A DNA stretch of 61,493 nucleotides, filler included, from Sphacelaria rigidula (taxonomy: Eukaryota): assembly GCA_964200075.2 (NCBI GenBank). It is 8 parts of 8 records of this genome, joined end to end, with 100 filler letters (N's around TTAATTAATTAA, not from the genome) between each part and the next. Parts side by side here need not be neighbours in the genome. Positions count along the whole stretch, not along the records: positions 53,896 to 61,493 come from CAXNAA020014166.1; 7 more parts are not named here. One strand, written 5' to 3'. Within the stretch, counting starts at the first letter, position 1; each line of letters starts with the position of its first letter. A program made the position numbers and the translations under genes. Under the pieces are notes generated by a model. It saw nothing but the letters and a program-made list of their open reading frames with translations. It was not told the origin of the DNA and did not search any database. Positions 61,102 through 61,493 of this stretch are shown here, piece after piece.

Positions 61102-61355
61102 TGTGTATTGGAGTCATCCTATGGTAGGGGCAGGTTGTTTGACTGCACGAAGAAAGAGGCTTAAGGGTGTGTCAGACGAGCTGCCACACTCGCGGTGCGC
61201 TTGTATTTGGTTAATAACGGTGTCAAGCAGTATGAATGAGCGTTACGCATCTATAACAAGCTTTCAACCACGTTTTGACTTGCAATTTCGTACAAGAAGT
61301 GGCCCGAAATACCCCCCCCCCCCCCCCTTCCCCTATCGTAGGATGACTCATACAT
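61102..61355. mobile_element. ~250-bp MITE with G/C-run subtermini in a PRP8 intron
   Basis: GAGTCATCCTATGGTAGGGG vs CCCCTATCGTAGGATGACTC; interior shared with 48850-49078. Confidence 0.7.
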
Positions 61356-61493
61356 GCATACATACCGTTGCGCCGCTTTGGTGGTCTTGGGATGATGGAC
61401 TTTTGCAAACCTGTGGGTTTGAGTGCAAGGTTGGTGTGCTGCGAGTCCCGACCGATGTGTGCGTGTGTTTTGTAGCAGGATCATTTTTTTTTT

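Overview
Eukaryotic, repeat-rich nuclear DNA, most consistent with a brown alga (Phaeophyceae); this is inferred from intron-rich genes with short GC3-rich exons, kb-sized introns and the repeat style. The window is not one locus. It is eight contigs of 7600, 7600, 7599, 7599, 7599, 7599, 7599 and 7598 bp joined by identical 100-bp N/TTAATTAATTAA spacers, so it is a size-sorted concatenation and adjacency across spacers means nothing. Host genes: six consecutive exons of PRP8 (+, 54590-60937), the last three exons of a DUF726/TMCO4-like hydrolase-fold gene (-, 27220-29191), one exon of tubulin-folding cofactor D (-, 51023-51206, probable GC donor), and a frameshifted RWP-RK-like fragment at a contig edge. 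Mobile DNA dominates: a decayed RTE-like LINE RT, a decayed Ty1/copia pol, tRNA-derived SINE heads and retroposon tails, and many MITE/foldback elements (PIF/Harbinger-like with TNA TSDs, Tc1/mariner-like with TA TSDs, some nested). The most notable signals are (i) a ~210-bp TGT...ACA inverted-repeat element with 4-5 bp TSDs that carries a telomere-type (CCCTAA)n tract, with three full copies and one diverged copy across three contigs, and (ii) two contigs packed with decayed, intronless, unidentifiable ORFs that look like relics of an endogenous large DNA virus or giant element. No intact novel multi-gene system could be demonstrated from the sequence alone.
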